Of a stretch of 64,000 bases of DNA, positions 1-11,453 are shown in pieces. The notes under the pieces are model-generated. The model had not been told where the DNA came from and did not search any database. It saw nothing but the letters and a program-made list of their open reading frames with translations. The DNA is from an uncultured virus (IMG/VR IMGVR_UViG_2061766007_000422). Its lineage: Duplodnaviria; Heunggongvirae; Uroviricota; Caudoviricetes. The stretch is from IMG/VR virus record IMGVR_UViG_2061766007_000422, one strand, 5' to 3'. Position 1 is the first letter of the stretch. Each line of letters begins with the position of its first letter. The translations under genes and the position numbers were made by a program.

Positions 1-379
1 CGCGTCCGTCTTTCATCTGCGGATTGACGCCAGGCTCTGCGTTAATGTCTGCGAGATTCGCTGTACGGCAACCCATTGTACTGAAATAAGTGCGTGGGTC
101 ATTGATATCATATCCAGCAGCATTAGTCCAGTCTACGTTAGCATAGTTAGGATAAATACGACGCGCGGTAGATTCAAGAGCCAGCCTAAACATATCATAG
201 TTCGGGTCGCCAGGCTTTCTATTTACACCCTTCATACACTGGAAGATACCACAGGGGAAGATAGGAGTTTTATGATGTTTTCCGACGCCTTTAATTGAAC
301 CATCAAGTAGTGCCTTTATAACCATTCTACCCTCAGGAAGAGTGCAAGTACCATAGTTGATAGAGGTAAAAGGTAATTG
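1..379 (-). CDS. nrdD: Anaerobic ribonucleoside-triphosphate reductase, exon 2 (continues beyond window)
   Basis: Minus-strand translation QLPFTSINYGTCT...TPIFPCGIF...RIYPNY...STMGCRT; joins exon 1 (...LQSRSGN) in frame after intron removal. Confidence 0.93.
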
Positions 380-1626
380 CAATAGTTATTAACTGTAAGT
401 TTTTTATCTTACACTCTAGAAATTTCTTTCATTTTCATCGGTTGGTCATTTCCAACCTAGTTTAGCATACATCTTCACCTTCGCCTTTATGCGTTAAGGG
501 TGGACACTCGTGGGTGGATTATATTTATTCACCACCTATGCGTTACGCTACTAATTAACCTTTCGTAATTTAATTAGTTAGCTCGGTATTGCCTTGAATT
601 TCCAAAAAATTAGAGTATTTTCTTTTTAAATAACAATCATTTTTTTCATCATAAAGATAATTACCTAATTTAACAATATCTTTTATTCCGCTCCACCCTA
701 TTTGCCATAAATGTTCTTCTGGATGAAGTATTTTTACAGGATAAATATCTAAATGAGAAAGTAAATATTCACGAACATGAAGGACCATTTGTTCAGCCCC
801 ACAAAAACCAATTTGATGACCTTTAGAAGAAATCCATCCATCACCATCAAATAGCCCTCTTATTAGGTGTGGCATATATTTTTCTTCTAAAATAGGTAAA
901 TCAGCAATATAAGTTTTTTGTGGTATCATTCCATATTTACTTAAATCATTTTTCCATTGACCACATTTAACAGTTAGTGTTGCTTCAGGTTTGTCTTTAC
1001 GATAATAAATTTGATTTGCATTATTGGTATATTTAGCAAAAGTTTTTAATATTTCATCGTCTTTTGAACTTAATGATAATGCGATAGCATTGGAATTTAA
1101 ACCTACATTGCCATCTGTTAAAAGAAATCCTAAAAAATAGGCTTTATCATAAGAATCAATATTAGCAAAATAATCTATAATTAAGTTAGTATTTTTATAA
1201 CGATTATCGCGTGGTATATTATGTGCTTCTAAAATACTACTAATACTATGAAACGATACATTATAGTTATCTGCGATTTCTTGACAACTTTTGCCTAGTT
1301 GGTATTGTTGTATTATAATATCGTCTGGAAGTTTATAAATTCCACCTTTTGTGCGCTTTGGAATATTATATCTTTCTAATATATTTTTTACGGTAACTGG
1401 ACTTACTTGAAAATATTGTCCTGTCGCCGCCATAGAATTTCCTTTATTATAATACTCTATTATTTGTAATTCTGTTTCTTGAGATATTCTTTTCATAATC
1501 TCACCTCCACAGAATTTGTAATAAGATTATGTGAATACTTTACTATTTTGTTCTGGAAATTTTTAGGGTTCACCGATTTTGCCCAATTTTTTACTATAAA
1601 TTTCTTTATAGGGGAACCAATTGTTA
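380..1626 (-). mobile_element. Group I intron in nrdD carrying a LAGLIDADG endonuclease
   Basis: 5' splice site after U (GGGAAU|UAACAAUUGGUUCCC; P1 GGGAAU/GUUCCC with U-G pair); terminal G at 380 before CAA; P4 AUCGGUGAA/AAUACCGAG; P7 GCAUA/UAUGC in GUAACGCAUA...AAGAUGUAUGC. Confidence 0.93.
570..1496 (-). CDS. Intron-encoded LAGLIDADG homing endonuclease with N-terminal HTH repeats
   Basis: Two motifs YFLGFLLTDG and LIRGLFDGDG; 3' end overlaps the intron P4 3' strand. Confidence 0.9.
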   Translation of the reverse strand: MKRISQETELQIIEYYNKGNSMAATGQYFQVSPVTVKNILERYNIPKRTKGGIYKLPDDIIIQQYQLGKSCQEIADNYNVSFHSISSILEAHNIPRDNRYKNTNLIIDYFANIDSYDKAYFLGFLLTDGNVGLNSNAIALSLSSKDDEILKTFAKYTNNANQIYYRKDKPEATLTVKCGQWKNDLSKYGMIPQKTYIADLPILEEKYMPHLIRGLFDGDGWISSKGHQIGFCGAEQMVLHVREYLLSHLDIYPVKILHPEEHLWQIGWSGIKDIVKLGNYLYDEKNDCYLKRKYSNFLEIQGNTELTN

Positions 1627-2598
1627 ATTCCCTGACCTACTTTGTAGGGTATTAAGGTTGTGATACATACCCTCAACCGCCTGTTTAAGCTCACGCTTGG
1701 TCATATCCATTGCATATTCATATTCGAGAGTAACAGTACCATCTGCATTTTTATAATCTTCAATGGATACGTTTTCTGGCTTATCCTTTAAATGTAGATA
1801 ACGATAACCTTGTTTATCTTCATCAGTTGTAAGATCAAAACCTTGCAGATATTTTAATCCATCACGGTAATGTTTGTAAAAGCTCTTCCTCACATAGGGC
1901 ACCATTGTCCAGTCTAAATGCGTGGCGGCAACACCACCAAATTGCATAAGGGATTGAAGCTGGAATATAACAGCAACAAGCTGGAACGCCGTATTAATAC
2001 TATTGGCCGGCCGCACATCAGTCTGACGCGTATTGAAACCATTCGCTAGTAAATCGTCAAATGGGATAGATAAACAATTATGGTCGCCAAGAGCATAGTG
2101 GTCTAAATCATGAATATAAATTTCATTATTTAAATGATTCGCGCGAGCCATAGGAGAGAGAAGAAAATCAAGTGCATATTGCTTTGTAAGCACGCCAGAT
2201 GCTTCTCCTAATCTACCGCCAAATGAATGCTCATCTACATTTGCGTTTTGATTAGCTACATTTGAGGCATTTAATTTTTCGCTAATAGAACGAATAAATT
2301 CAGTAGAACAAGAGCGCATAACTCCGCGTTTATATCTATATCTTACATATGCTTTTTCTACTAATCTATCTTCATCAGTTAAATAGTCTTCAACTATATC
2401 TTGAATGGCTTCAACATCAAGAAGATTATTTAATTCTGGGTCATTTCCTATTTCTTCAATCATATTAGCAATTTTTTCGGCATAAGAAGGAATTTCATCA
2501 TTGTTATAAACTTCTTTATATGCTTTTGAGATTGCTTGTATAATTCGTATCTTATCAAATGGCACAATTTCGCCATTTCGTTTCCTTACCTGTATCAA
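1627..2598 (-). CDS. nrdD: Anaerobic ribonucleoside-triphosphate reductase, exon 1 (ATP cone)
   Basis: ATP cone VRKRNGEIVPFD; NANVDE, IYIHDLD, HNCL, QFGG, HNLNTLQSRSG motifs. Confidence 0.93.
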
Positions 2599-2599
2599 T

Positions 2600-2821
2600 T
2601 TATTTGCCCTCCTTAAATTTTTTGCCGCAGATAGGGCAAAAAGTTTTTAATTCATAGTTATATTTATCATCTTGATGCGGGCATATTGCCTGTAAAGTTT
2701 TTAATTCATATCTTATTTTAGAGATATTATTTTTTAATTCCATAGTAGCAAGCGCACGTTCTAATTGAGATTCTAATTCTCGCGCCCTAACTTCTATCTC
2801 TTCAATTGTCATACTCTCCAA
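2600..2821 (-). CDS. Small coiled-coil protein with C-terminal Zn-ribbon motif
   Basis: CPH...CPIC; coupled to neighbouring genes. Confidence 0.6.
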   Translation of the reverse strand: MESMTIEEIEVRARELESQLERALATMELKNNISKIRYELKTLQAICPHQDDKYNYELKTFCPICGKKFKEGK

Positions 2822-3888
2822 AACCCCCTAGTTGATAAATCTTCATAATTTTGTTTAAATAAATCTGCGGCGGTAGGATGAAACTTCAGAACGAGTAATT
2901 CTTCATTATATTCTGGCGTGGGCTCTCGTTTAGATTTACGAATAATTTTATCATTTATAGTGCGATGACGACTAGTGCTGTTAGCCCACGATTCTATCGC
3001 GCGAAAAAGATTAGTAATCGCGCAGTTAGTGCCTACTCGCGGCGGTTCATATTTAAGTTTAATTGGAATTTCACGACTCCAAAAACAATAAAGTAAATTT
3101 AATTTATAAATTAAATCCCTATAATATTGAAAATTAGTTTTTAATGTCCCGCCAATTTTCAAATAAACATTTGACGACGGGGTAATATCCGCCAAGAAGA
3201 AATTTTTATATTCTTTAAACAAATAATAAGTTTCTTCTAATGGAATATTTAAGTCTAAAATTATATCGCTAGTTCGCGCGATTTTTTGTAAATTGCGAAT
3301 ACTAGTGTATTCAGTCATTGTATGACATATAATAGGATGGATTGTATTTATAGAACTACACCTCCTATTTATAGCTTCTTGCGCCCAGTCTTTCCAATCA
3401 GGTTGAAAAAAATCAATATCATAAATCCAAAGTCTTTTTCGTGGTTGAATAGGTGGCAATGGTAATTTATTTTTTCCTGCGTATTGTCTAAAATAACTAT
3501 CATCTAAAATATGGCTAATAACTTTGGCTTTTATACCATCTTGGTAGCATCGTTTTAAATATTCTTTATAGATTGTAGGCTTAGCAAGCGTATAATCTAT
3601 TATTGTATTTTCAAATGGAGTATATACGCCATTAGTAAATGCCGTGCCGCCAAAAATAACATTATTCGCACGCAAAAATTGTTGTGGCACTTGTGGCGTC
3701 GTCGCAGCCTCAGAGAAGAAATAAATCTTCTCATAGGCTGTTAGCTCATTTTCTTCTAATGAAACTAAACGACAAAAAAGTTGTTGTTCTAATTTGTAAT
3801 ATGTCGCGAGTTTCATTATTTCTAAATTAGGAGGATGAAGTTTAATAGAAGTAGCAGTTTGTAAGTCCCAATCAATTAAGCCTATCAT
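2809..3888 (-). CDS. Hypothetical protein resembling phage radical-SAM proteins but lacking CxxxCxxC
   Basis: N-terminus IGLIDWD...PNLEIMKLATYYK...IFGGT resembles that family; no Fe-S triad visible. Confidence 0.5.
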   Translation of the reverse strand: MIGLIDWDLQTATSIKLHPPNLEIMKLATYYKLEQQLFCRLVSLEENELTAYEKIYFFSEAATTPQVPQQFLRANNVIFGGTAFTNGVYTPFENTIIDYTLAKPTIYKEYLKRCYQDGIKAKVISHILDDSYFRQYAGKNKLPLPPIQPRKRLWIYDIDFFQPDWKDWAQEAINRRCSSINTIHPIICHTMTEYTSIRNLQKIARTSDIILDLNIPLEETYYLFKEYKNFFLADITPSSNVYLKIGGTLKTNFQYYRDLIYKLNLLYCFWSREIPIKLKYEPPRVGTNCAITNLFRAIESWANSTSRHRTINDKIIRKSKREPTPEYNEELLVLKFHPTAADLFKQNYEDLSTRGFWRV

Positions 3889-4829
3889 TCTTCCACCTCC
3901 TCATCAGATAAATCAACAACATATTTATTACCCATAATGTCTGATAATGAAATGCTATCTCTTTTCCAATATGGAATATACACTAAAGTATATTTATGTT
4001 TTTTACAATATTGTCGTTTTAAAGCATCGTGCTCCCAAGGCGCATCAAACCAGGAGGCATTATAATCTGTTGTATTATAATGTTGTTGTCCTTGATATTC
4101 TATTAATCGCATAAGTTGGTTATTTTCAAAAATAGCAAAATCAAATCTTAATAATCCACCTTTTAAGCCGACTAAATCTTTAAAAGAATATTGTGTTTGA
4201 AAACTTATTTGATGTTCTTGAAGAATTTGCTTTATACGTTTTTCGCCAAAAGAAATAGTGCAACCACAAGAATGTGTTGGTTGATGTTTTAAATTTTTTC
4301 CTAACACAGTAATTTCATTGCCACAAGTGCATCTGCATTTCCAAAAGGCTCCATTTTGGTTGCTGGGTCGTGAAAAATCTCTTTCGATAACTGTAAGTTG
4401 GCCAAAAACTTGCCCAGTTAAATCATCAACCATATTTGTACGACATGCTCCACAAGATGTAGTATGCCCCTTTATTAATGATTGTCCATAAATAATTTTT
4501 TCTTTGCCACAATCACATTTACAAAGCCAATAAGTTCCTGAGGAGCAAAGATTATCGGGACGAGGGACTTTTTTTAATACTAATAATTTTTCAAACCTTC
4601 TATTTGTTAAATCAATATATTTTTCAGAATGACTATCTATATTATAACAACCACATGATTGGGATTTTCCTTGGCGTAACACGTTGCCGCTTACTATTTT
4701 TTCATTACCGCAATCACAACGACAAAGCCAAAATGCGCTAGTGCTATGACTGCCTTCTGGTTTATTTGCACGTCTAAGTACTGTCCATCTGCCAAATTTT
4801 TGTCCTGTTAAATCAATTATTTTCCCCAT
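3885..4829 (-). CDS. Free-standing homing endonuclease (Cys-rich DLTGxxFG repeats plus Vsr/DUF559-like nuclease)
   Basis: Three DLT(G/N)xxF...W.C.C.CG...SCG repeats; C-terminal LRFDFAI...IEYQGQQH. Confidence 0.8.
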   Translation of the reverse strand: MGKIIDLTGQKFGRWTVLRRANKPEGSHSTSAFWLCRCDCGNEKIVSGNVLRQGKSQSCGCYNIDSHSEKYIDLTNRRFEKLLVLKKVPRPDNLCSSGTYWLCKCDCGKEKIIYGQSLIKGHTTSCGACRTNMVDDLTGQVFGQLTVIERDFSRPSNQNGAFWKCRCTCGNEITVLGKNLKHQPTHSCGCTISFGEKRIKQILQEHQISFQTQYSFKDLVGLKGGLLRFDFAIFENNQLMRLIEYQGQQHYNTTDYNASWFDAPWEHDALKRQYCKKHKYTLVYIPYWKRDSISLSDIMGNKYVVDLSDEEVEE

Positions 4830-4840
4830 AGTACCTTACC

Positions 4841-7800
4841 TCACTTAATTATTCTCTCAAGAAATAAGTAAGTGCTCAATAAAGTTTTTATAAGATTTTC
4901 TTNNNNNNNNNNNNNNNNNNNNNNNNNNNNNNATTTTCTTTCGGTTTGAAATTCTAATGAACCATCATCATAGATTTTAATAATTTTTGATATAATTGGA
5001 TAAAAAGAACCCTTTTTTGTTTTGGGTATAAAATCGCCGTCTCGTCGTATTCCTTGTACCATTAACAACGTGCCCCTTTTTAGCCAACTCGCTTCTATAA
5101 CGTGCTTTTTTCCATCTTCACCTTTCGCAGAAATCTGTTTATCATAAATTGAATATTGATTTTTATAAATTTTTACATTAACTACACCTGTTGGAGTAAG
5201 CAATGTTACTGTATTTTTTATTTTATTTTTACCAATAACTGTTCCAATAATTCGGTGTAGTTTATATACATTTATTACTTGGCCGCCACGCGCCTGAAAA
5301 CTATATTCAACTTCTGGCTCTTTGCTCAAATTGAAAAAATCATCATAATCTTTTTGAGCCTCAGCGAGTTCATGCTCATGCGAATAATAATTTACTGATT
5401 CCATTTCCCAGCGACTAATATTGCCTTTACCATATTTATTAGTAATTTCATCATATAAATTACCATTTAATTTTAATAGCATTTCTGTTTGATGCGTTTT
5501 AAGATATTCGCGCATAGGCTCCATTGCTTTACTATATAACTTGTCCCAAGTTTTTTGAACAATATAAGTGCCGCCATCTATAACATCTGCCGTAAAGTTT
5601 TTTGAGATAAATGCCATAGCTGAATCATTTAACTGATAATATTCACCAGTTTTACAAGTTTTTAAAAACTTATTAAACAAAAATAATTTAGCATAAAAAC
5701 TCATTTCATCTGGAATAAGTTCTTTTGTAATTAACATCTGCATATTTTGCAATGTTAATCTTACTTTTTTATCGACAATACTATCTAAATATTTCCACAT
5801 TATATCTTCGCGCGCACAATTTTCAATTTTATCAAAAGCTCCGCATTTAATTAAATTAATCATTTGCGGCTTTTTTACTTTTACTCGCGCCAAGAAATCT
5901 TCCATTGATTGATAAGGTCGATTTATAATAATTGATTTGATAATATCCGTACCAATACCCGTGATGCCGCGAAGCCCATAAAGAATACGATTATCTTCTA
6001 CAACAGGTGTAAAAGTAAATGATGATTCATTTATATCGGGTGGCGCGACGATAATTCCATATTCACGGAATTTACCAATAACGGTCGCGATTTTATCATA
6101 ATCCGCGCTTTTATTTTTTGCCTTTGGCTTTTCTTCATCATCTGCCATTTCTTCGTCATCATCGGAAAGTGATATATCTATATTATCAATATCTTCTTCT
6201 TCGTCTTCGTCTAATTCAAATTGGTCGCCGCCGCTATCAACAATAAGATTGGCTGTATTCCAAAAGATAATTGGATAATAATATGCCAAATTCATTTCTT
6301 GAAGCGCAATAATGGAGTATGAGTAAGTGTGGGATGCATTAAAACCATAGCCTCTACTTAAAGCCACTTCAATATTCCACACATAATTACAAAATTTTCT
6401 ACTTAAGTCTTTTTCTTCTACACGCTCAAAAAACTTTTTCGTTAATGCTTCATATTCTTCTGGTTTCTTTTTTGCGATTGACTTACGAAGTTTATCAGCA
6501 AATTGCAAATCCCAACCGCCACATTCTGGCAATTGAACTAATTGCATAAATTGTTCTTGCGTAATTGACAAACCGTTTGAAATATCCAATTCACGATGAA
6601 GAATTTTTCTTTCCTCTTTGGTTAAACCAAATTGAATCATTTCGTTTTCCCAATCTTGCGCGCGCGACCTAAATCGTGCGTATTTATCAAGTGGAGACTC
6701 TGCACCTTTTTCAGTTGCCATAAGACGAATAACTGAATTTAAAATAGCCAGTTCATCAACATTACGTGGATGTGTAAGTGCAATACCACGAATTCCGCTA
6801 TCTTGTTCCATTTGAAACAATGAGATAACTTTATGCTCTTGCACCATATCCCACATTTTTGGTTCGTCACGTTCAATATTGTATACGCCAATAATTTTTT
6901 CATATGTTTCGCGCAATGTTGGTTCGGGAGTGATGTAATCATGCTCTATTAATAAATTCAAACAAGTATGTATCTTATCTGCGGCTTCAATAGACAGAAG
7001 GTCCATCTTAATCATTGAAACATCTTCAAGGTCATGCAATTCATACTGTGTAATAATTGTTCCATCGGGAGCGCGCATTAATGCACTGGATTCTGTGAAA
7101 TCTTTATCTTGAAAAACTACACCGCCTGCGTGAATGCCGACGCCGCATATCAAACCTTCAATACTCTTCGCGGTTTCCCACCAATTTGGATACTTATTGA
7201 TTTCATTTATAAAAGTTTGATTAGGTTTAATATCTTCTTCTTCATCGCCATAATACATTTGCTTTAATGTATATGCTGCGCCACGCTCTGTTGTAATTAG
7301 TCCAGATACATATTTTGCTTCGTCAACATCAATTCCTAAACCCCTTGCTGCGGTTTGAATTGCTGCTTTTGACTTTTCTGTTCTAAATGTTGCGACATTT
7401 GATACCCTATTTTCGCCATAAACTTTCCTTAAATGTTTTAGCACCTGCTCGCGCTTGCCGCCCTCAATATCAACATCAATATCAAGGACTGATACGCGTG
7501 CAGGATTAAGGAATCTCCAAGGATACATCTTTGTTTTCTCACGCAAGCAGTTAATCTGAATAATGTCTAACACATAAAGAAGAACAAATCCTGCGCCTGA
7601 ACCACGGGCGGGCATTACCAACGAACCCGCATTCCAACACTCATCTATAATCTTTTGAAGATTTAAGAAATATGCTGACCATCGTGCCTTATTTACTTCA
7701 CTTGATTCCCAAGTCATTGCAAGACATTCATTGATTGCGTTATAAGCTTCTTGATTCCATAAATCTTTATGCTTTTCAATACCTTCAATGACTGCTAAAA

Positions 7801-8855
7801 CTAATTGATTGTCTGCACGATATGGAGACTCAATAAATTTTAACAAATCAGGCATTAGTTGTGTATATCTATATTGTTCCGCGCGCGAATGATTTTTAAA
7901 TTTACGCCAAGGAAGTGAAGGAATTTCCAATGGTTTTAATACACTAAAATCTTCACACGTTTCTTTTATATGATGAATATTTTCGTAAGCTGCTTGAAGT
8001 TCTTCTTCTGTAAGATAATCAAAAAAGCCTCTTATTTCTTCATCACTCATCATATAAGTTGTTGCATAAAAACTTTTTACTTCTCTATCACCATTTTGTG
8101 AATTTAAAAACGCTTCATGAACCGCTGCGTTTTCTGGCCGCAAATAATGGCTATCAGTTGTAATAATATATGGAATATCTAATTCTTTACTCAATTTCAA
8201 CAAATATTTATTTACAAATATTTGTTCCTTTCCACTAGAAGGTTGAAGTTCAAGAAAGAAATTGCCCTTTCCAAATATACTTTCAATATATTTACAAAAT
8301 TCTTTTGCATAATTTATATAAGTTTCATCATTTGTGTCCATATATTGAAGAATGAATTTATCTAATTGAGAGCCTAAACATGCGCTACTTGCAATAAGAT
8401 GTCCAGGATTAACTGCAACTACTTCTTCTAAATCTTTATAATAAGTCATTCTACGACGCTGGCGCGCGACTACATACGACCGCGTCCACGCCCTTGTAGA
8501 AAGTTCACAAATTTGATGATATCCTTCAATATCTTTGCACAAAAGAATAAAGTGATAATATTTATCAACCCCTCGCCGGAAATTTTCATTATTAAGTCCA
8601 TTACGTGTTAAATAAATTTCATTTCCACGAATAACTTTAAAATCTGGATGGGTTTCTTTAATTTTATTATAATATTTTTCTGCTTTGATATAACTTGATA
8701 TAGTTTCGTGGTCAGTGATTGCAACACATTCATGACCTAATTCTATTGCTGTATCAATCAATGACTTAACCGTATTGATACTGTCACGCAATGTTTCGTT
8801 ACTATAATCGGTATGGTTCCTAATTATGAAGACTACCAGGGTAAGTCATCTTCAT
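4841..8855 (-). CDS. dnaE: DNA polymerase III alpha subunit (C family); 5' end interrupted by a 7-nt insertion; true stop probably inside the N gap 4903-4932
   Basis: PHP motifs AITDHE, TTDSHY; RGSGAG, DIDVD, HAGG, KMDLL, YGFNASH; RBS GAAAGGTGG plus ATG at 8855 encoding MKMTYPGSLHN. Confidence 0.92.
4863..4899 (-). promoter_or_regulatory. Bipartite AAAAT(A/C)-N22-YYAC-W5 motif (putative phage promoter); other copies at 1513-1549, 15862-15898, 24902-24938, 34891-34927, 44568-44604, 60762-60798
   Basis: Seven copies with identical 22-nt spacing, each just upstream of a HEG or HTH-HEG unit. Confidence 0.7.
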
Positions 8856-8857
8856 AT

Positions 8858-9568
8858 TTACATCACCACCTTTCTTGATTCATTACGAATATTATTTTTA
8901 TAATTATGTAAAAAACGCCAAGTTCTACAACGATTAATATCATGGAGAATATTAACGCTAATATTTAAATCTCGTGCTAATTGAGCTATTGAACGTGAAT
9001 CATATTTTAGTAAATTAATAATTTCTAATGCTTGTTTTTCATTAATTTTATTAGTGCCTAATTCGCCATTATGCGATGAATGGAGTCCTTGTAAACATTC
9101 ATTTCTAATATTATTTTTATAAGTATGCAAATATGTCCAAGTAATACATCTATTAATCAGGTCAATTGTGTTACGGCTTACTTTAAATTGTTCAGCAATT
9201 TCTCTATTATTTAGTTTGCATTCTTCTAAAAGAGTGATAATTTCTTTAACTTGCTGTTCAGTTAATTTGGCCTGTATATTATTTTCGCCACGATAACAAT
9301 TGCCGCCTTTAATCAAATTATATCCCTGGTTAATTGAATCATAATAATCAATCCAATATGATTCTCGTGCGTCTAACTCATCAGGCTGACATTGTTCTAA
9401 AACAGTAAAATAAAATTTATCCGCTCCCTCTTGACGTAAAATATCATCAAATTTAGAAAAGGGCGAGGGATATGTTAAATGTTCCCATTTTCGCTTTGTG
9501 ATATTGATACTTTGACCGATATATTTTTTATGATTTTCTTTATGTTCAAACATATAAATTCCAATCAT
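8858..9568 (-). CDS. Free-standing GIY-YIG homing endonuclease with two C-terminal HTH repeats
   Basis: GIY...YIGQS, RESYWI, GYN; repeated INRC.TW..LH.YKNNIRNE. Confidence 0.85.
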   Translation of the reverse strand: MIGIYMFEHKENHKKYIGQSINITKRKWEHLTYPSPFSKFDDILRQEGADKFYFTVLEQCQPDELDARESYWIDYYDSINQGYNLIKGGNCYRGENNIQAKLTEQQVKEIITLLEECKLNNREIAEQFKVSRNTIDLINRCITWTYLHTYKNNIRNECLQGLHSSHNGELGTNKINEKQALEIINLLKYDSRSIAQLARDLNISVNILHDINRCRTWRFLHNYKNNIRNESRKVVM

Positions 9569-9596
9569 TATTCATTCCCCCTCCTAATCTATATTT

Positions 9597-9625
9597 ATTA
9601 TATCATAAATTTTCAAAAAAGTCAA
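9597..9625 (-). promoter_or_regulatory. sigmaA/sigma70-type promoter TTGACT-N17-TATAAT; similar copies at 14718-14746, 17867-17895, 18380-18408, 20796-20824, 22251-22279, 25042-25070, 27064-27092, 30558-30586, 37302-37330, 44665-44693, 46286-46314, 48281-48309, 48885-48913, 49514-49542, 52538-52566, 53817-53845, 56157-56185, 57793-57821, 62062-62090
   Basis: Near-consensus -35/-10 hexamers, 17-nt spacing, often TG extended -10, located at gene boundaries upstream of RBSs. Confidence 0.85.
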
Positions 9626-11389
9626 AAGTCATATTTATGACTATCATCTTTTAACTCATAGTCCTCAATAATCATTTGAACATTTACGCGCCCCATATAT
9701 TCATTAAGATTGAGTTTTCCGTAGACCGTTAATTTTTTCATACGATTGCTCATAATATCTTCAATAAAATCGGTATTTCTAAATTTGACATAATCCATTC
9801 CATTGTAAATAATTTTTAAACAATCTTTATTTGGGCCCATAACTTGAATATTTTCTAATGAAATATTTTCTACAACCACCCGTATTTCATCTATATGATT
9901 ACCGAAATACTCTGGATGCTCAGCAAGCGTATAAAGTAATTCATAATTATTTTGACGTGCGTCAAGAATGTAATCAACAAGATAAACATTTTCAAAATCC
10001 GCGGCGGAAAGGTGCGTATTTGCATAATCCATAAGAGATTGTATTCTGCTTACGGCCAGACCCCATCCTGCGGCTGCGTCATGTCCCGCAACATATGTAG
10101 TTAAGCCGCTATCTTCAAGAAATTTCTTAAAGCTTGGCAATCCAATAAAGTTAGCATCGCTGCGAATACTACCTTGAATTTCATTTTTATCATTGCGCCG
10201 GCCAATCATACACGGTTTATGATACTTATTAACAACTGACATAGCGACAAGACCGGTTACTTCTTGTGGAATGTTATCACCATCATCAATTTCAACCAAT
10301 ATAATATTATTGCGGTCTAGTTCATTTTTTTGAATCTTAAAATCAATAAGGTCAATTGCCTTTTCTTTTATCTTATCTTGACGCGCCTTCGCATTTTTAC
10401 CTACGCGCGCGGTTTGTTCCGCTGCGGTTTCAGTATCACCTGATTTTGCGCCTCGTTTTGTGCTTTGCACGATGCGGTCTGGTTCTACAAAGCAATAAAA
10501 CATATTTTCTTTTTCTTCAATACTGCCAACGCGTGTAAGCGCATTGATTAGTGGCGCGATATACCAAGCAATGTCAATTGGATTTAGTCCTGTATATGGC
10601 GGTTCGCCATGCGATTTAAGTGAATAAGATTGCGCATTTAATAGCGTTTTAAAGCCTTTATTATTGACATTTTCAAGGCCATGTATCATAATGTAGTTTG
10701 TTTCTGCGTCAGTTCTATCCATTACATCCGCGATTTCACCCAAAGCAGTAAGGTCTAAATAATTTTCGGCTTGTTGTATGCCTAATTCATTATCTAAAAC
10801 TTCACAGAATTTATACACAACGCCTGCGCCACATAGTGTTTTATTTGTATAATTAGGAGAAAGTTGATTATTTACTACAATAGCATATTTTGGGTCTGGA
10901 AGTATGTCATTACCATCGTCATCTTTCGGAATAGTGTGGTGGTCAAGACAAATGCAACCAATACCACGGTCATATAAACGCTTGTGCTCTTTTACATCAA
11001 AACTACCAGCATCGGGAACTATAACCAATCTAAAATCTTGGTTTTCAATCCAATCAATTTTATCTCCTAAACCATGCTGTTTATGCTCGTGCACTGTAAA
11101 GGATAAATCGGCTTNNNNNNNNNNNNNNNNNNNNNNNNNNNNNNNNNNNTGAACTAGTGAACCCGTCGCAATCGGCGTCAATAACCATCAAGATTTTGCT
11201 ATTCATACGTAAATGATTTAAAAGCACTGTGGCGGCTAACTTAATATTTTCTAAATCATATGGATTTAATTCACACTTTTTTGTTGGGTGTAAAAAATTA
11301 TCTAAATCGGTTACTCCACGGTCTAGAAGTATATCGCGCAACGCGAACATTGGTTCTTTTGAATAATTTTTTCTTAATCTATATTTCAT
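9622..11389 (-). CDS. recJ: RecJ-like DHH ssDNA exonuclease (frame broken only by N gap near 11115-11149)
   Basis: DADCDG, HGL, LDHH, ALGEIAD, GSIRS, AGH..AAG motifs across the two ORF fragments. Confidence 0.88.
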
Positions 11390-11453
11390 TTTTATTGTAC
11401 CTCTAAATAAAATAAATCATCTTTATCATTATCATCATATCTACTCATTTTAT

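Noticed and set aside
4841..4902. C-terminal ENLIKTLLSTYLFLERIIK as part of DnaE
   Set aside because: It follows an N gap and coincides with the HEG upstream motif, so it is probably intergenic
6110..6240. Acidic insertion in DnaE as an intein
   Set aside because: Low-complexity D/E loop without intein terminal or endonuclease motifs
8820..8822. TAG reassignment as the explanation for the dnaE stop
   Set aside because: Read-through would stay out of frame and meet another TAG; other genes are intact in code 11 and no suppressor tRNA is seen
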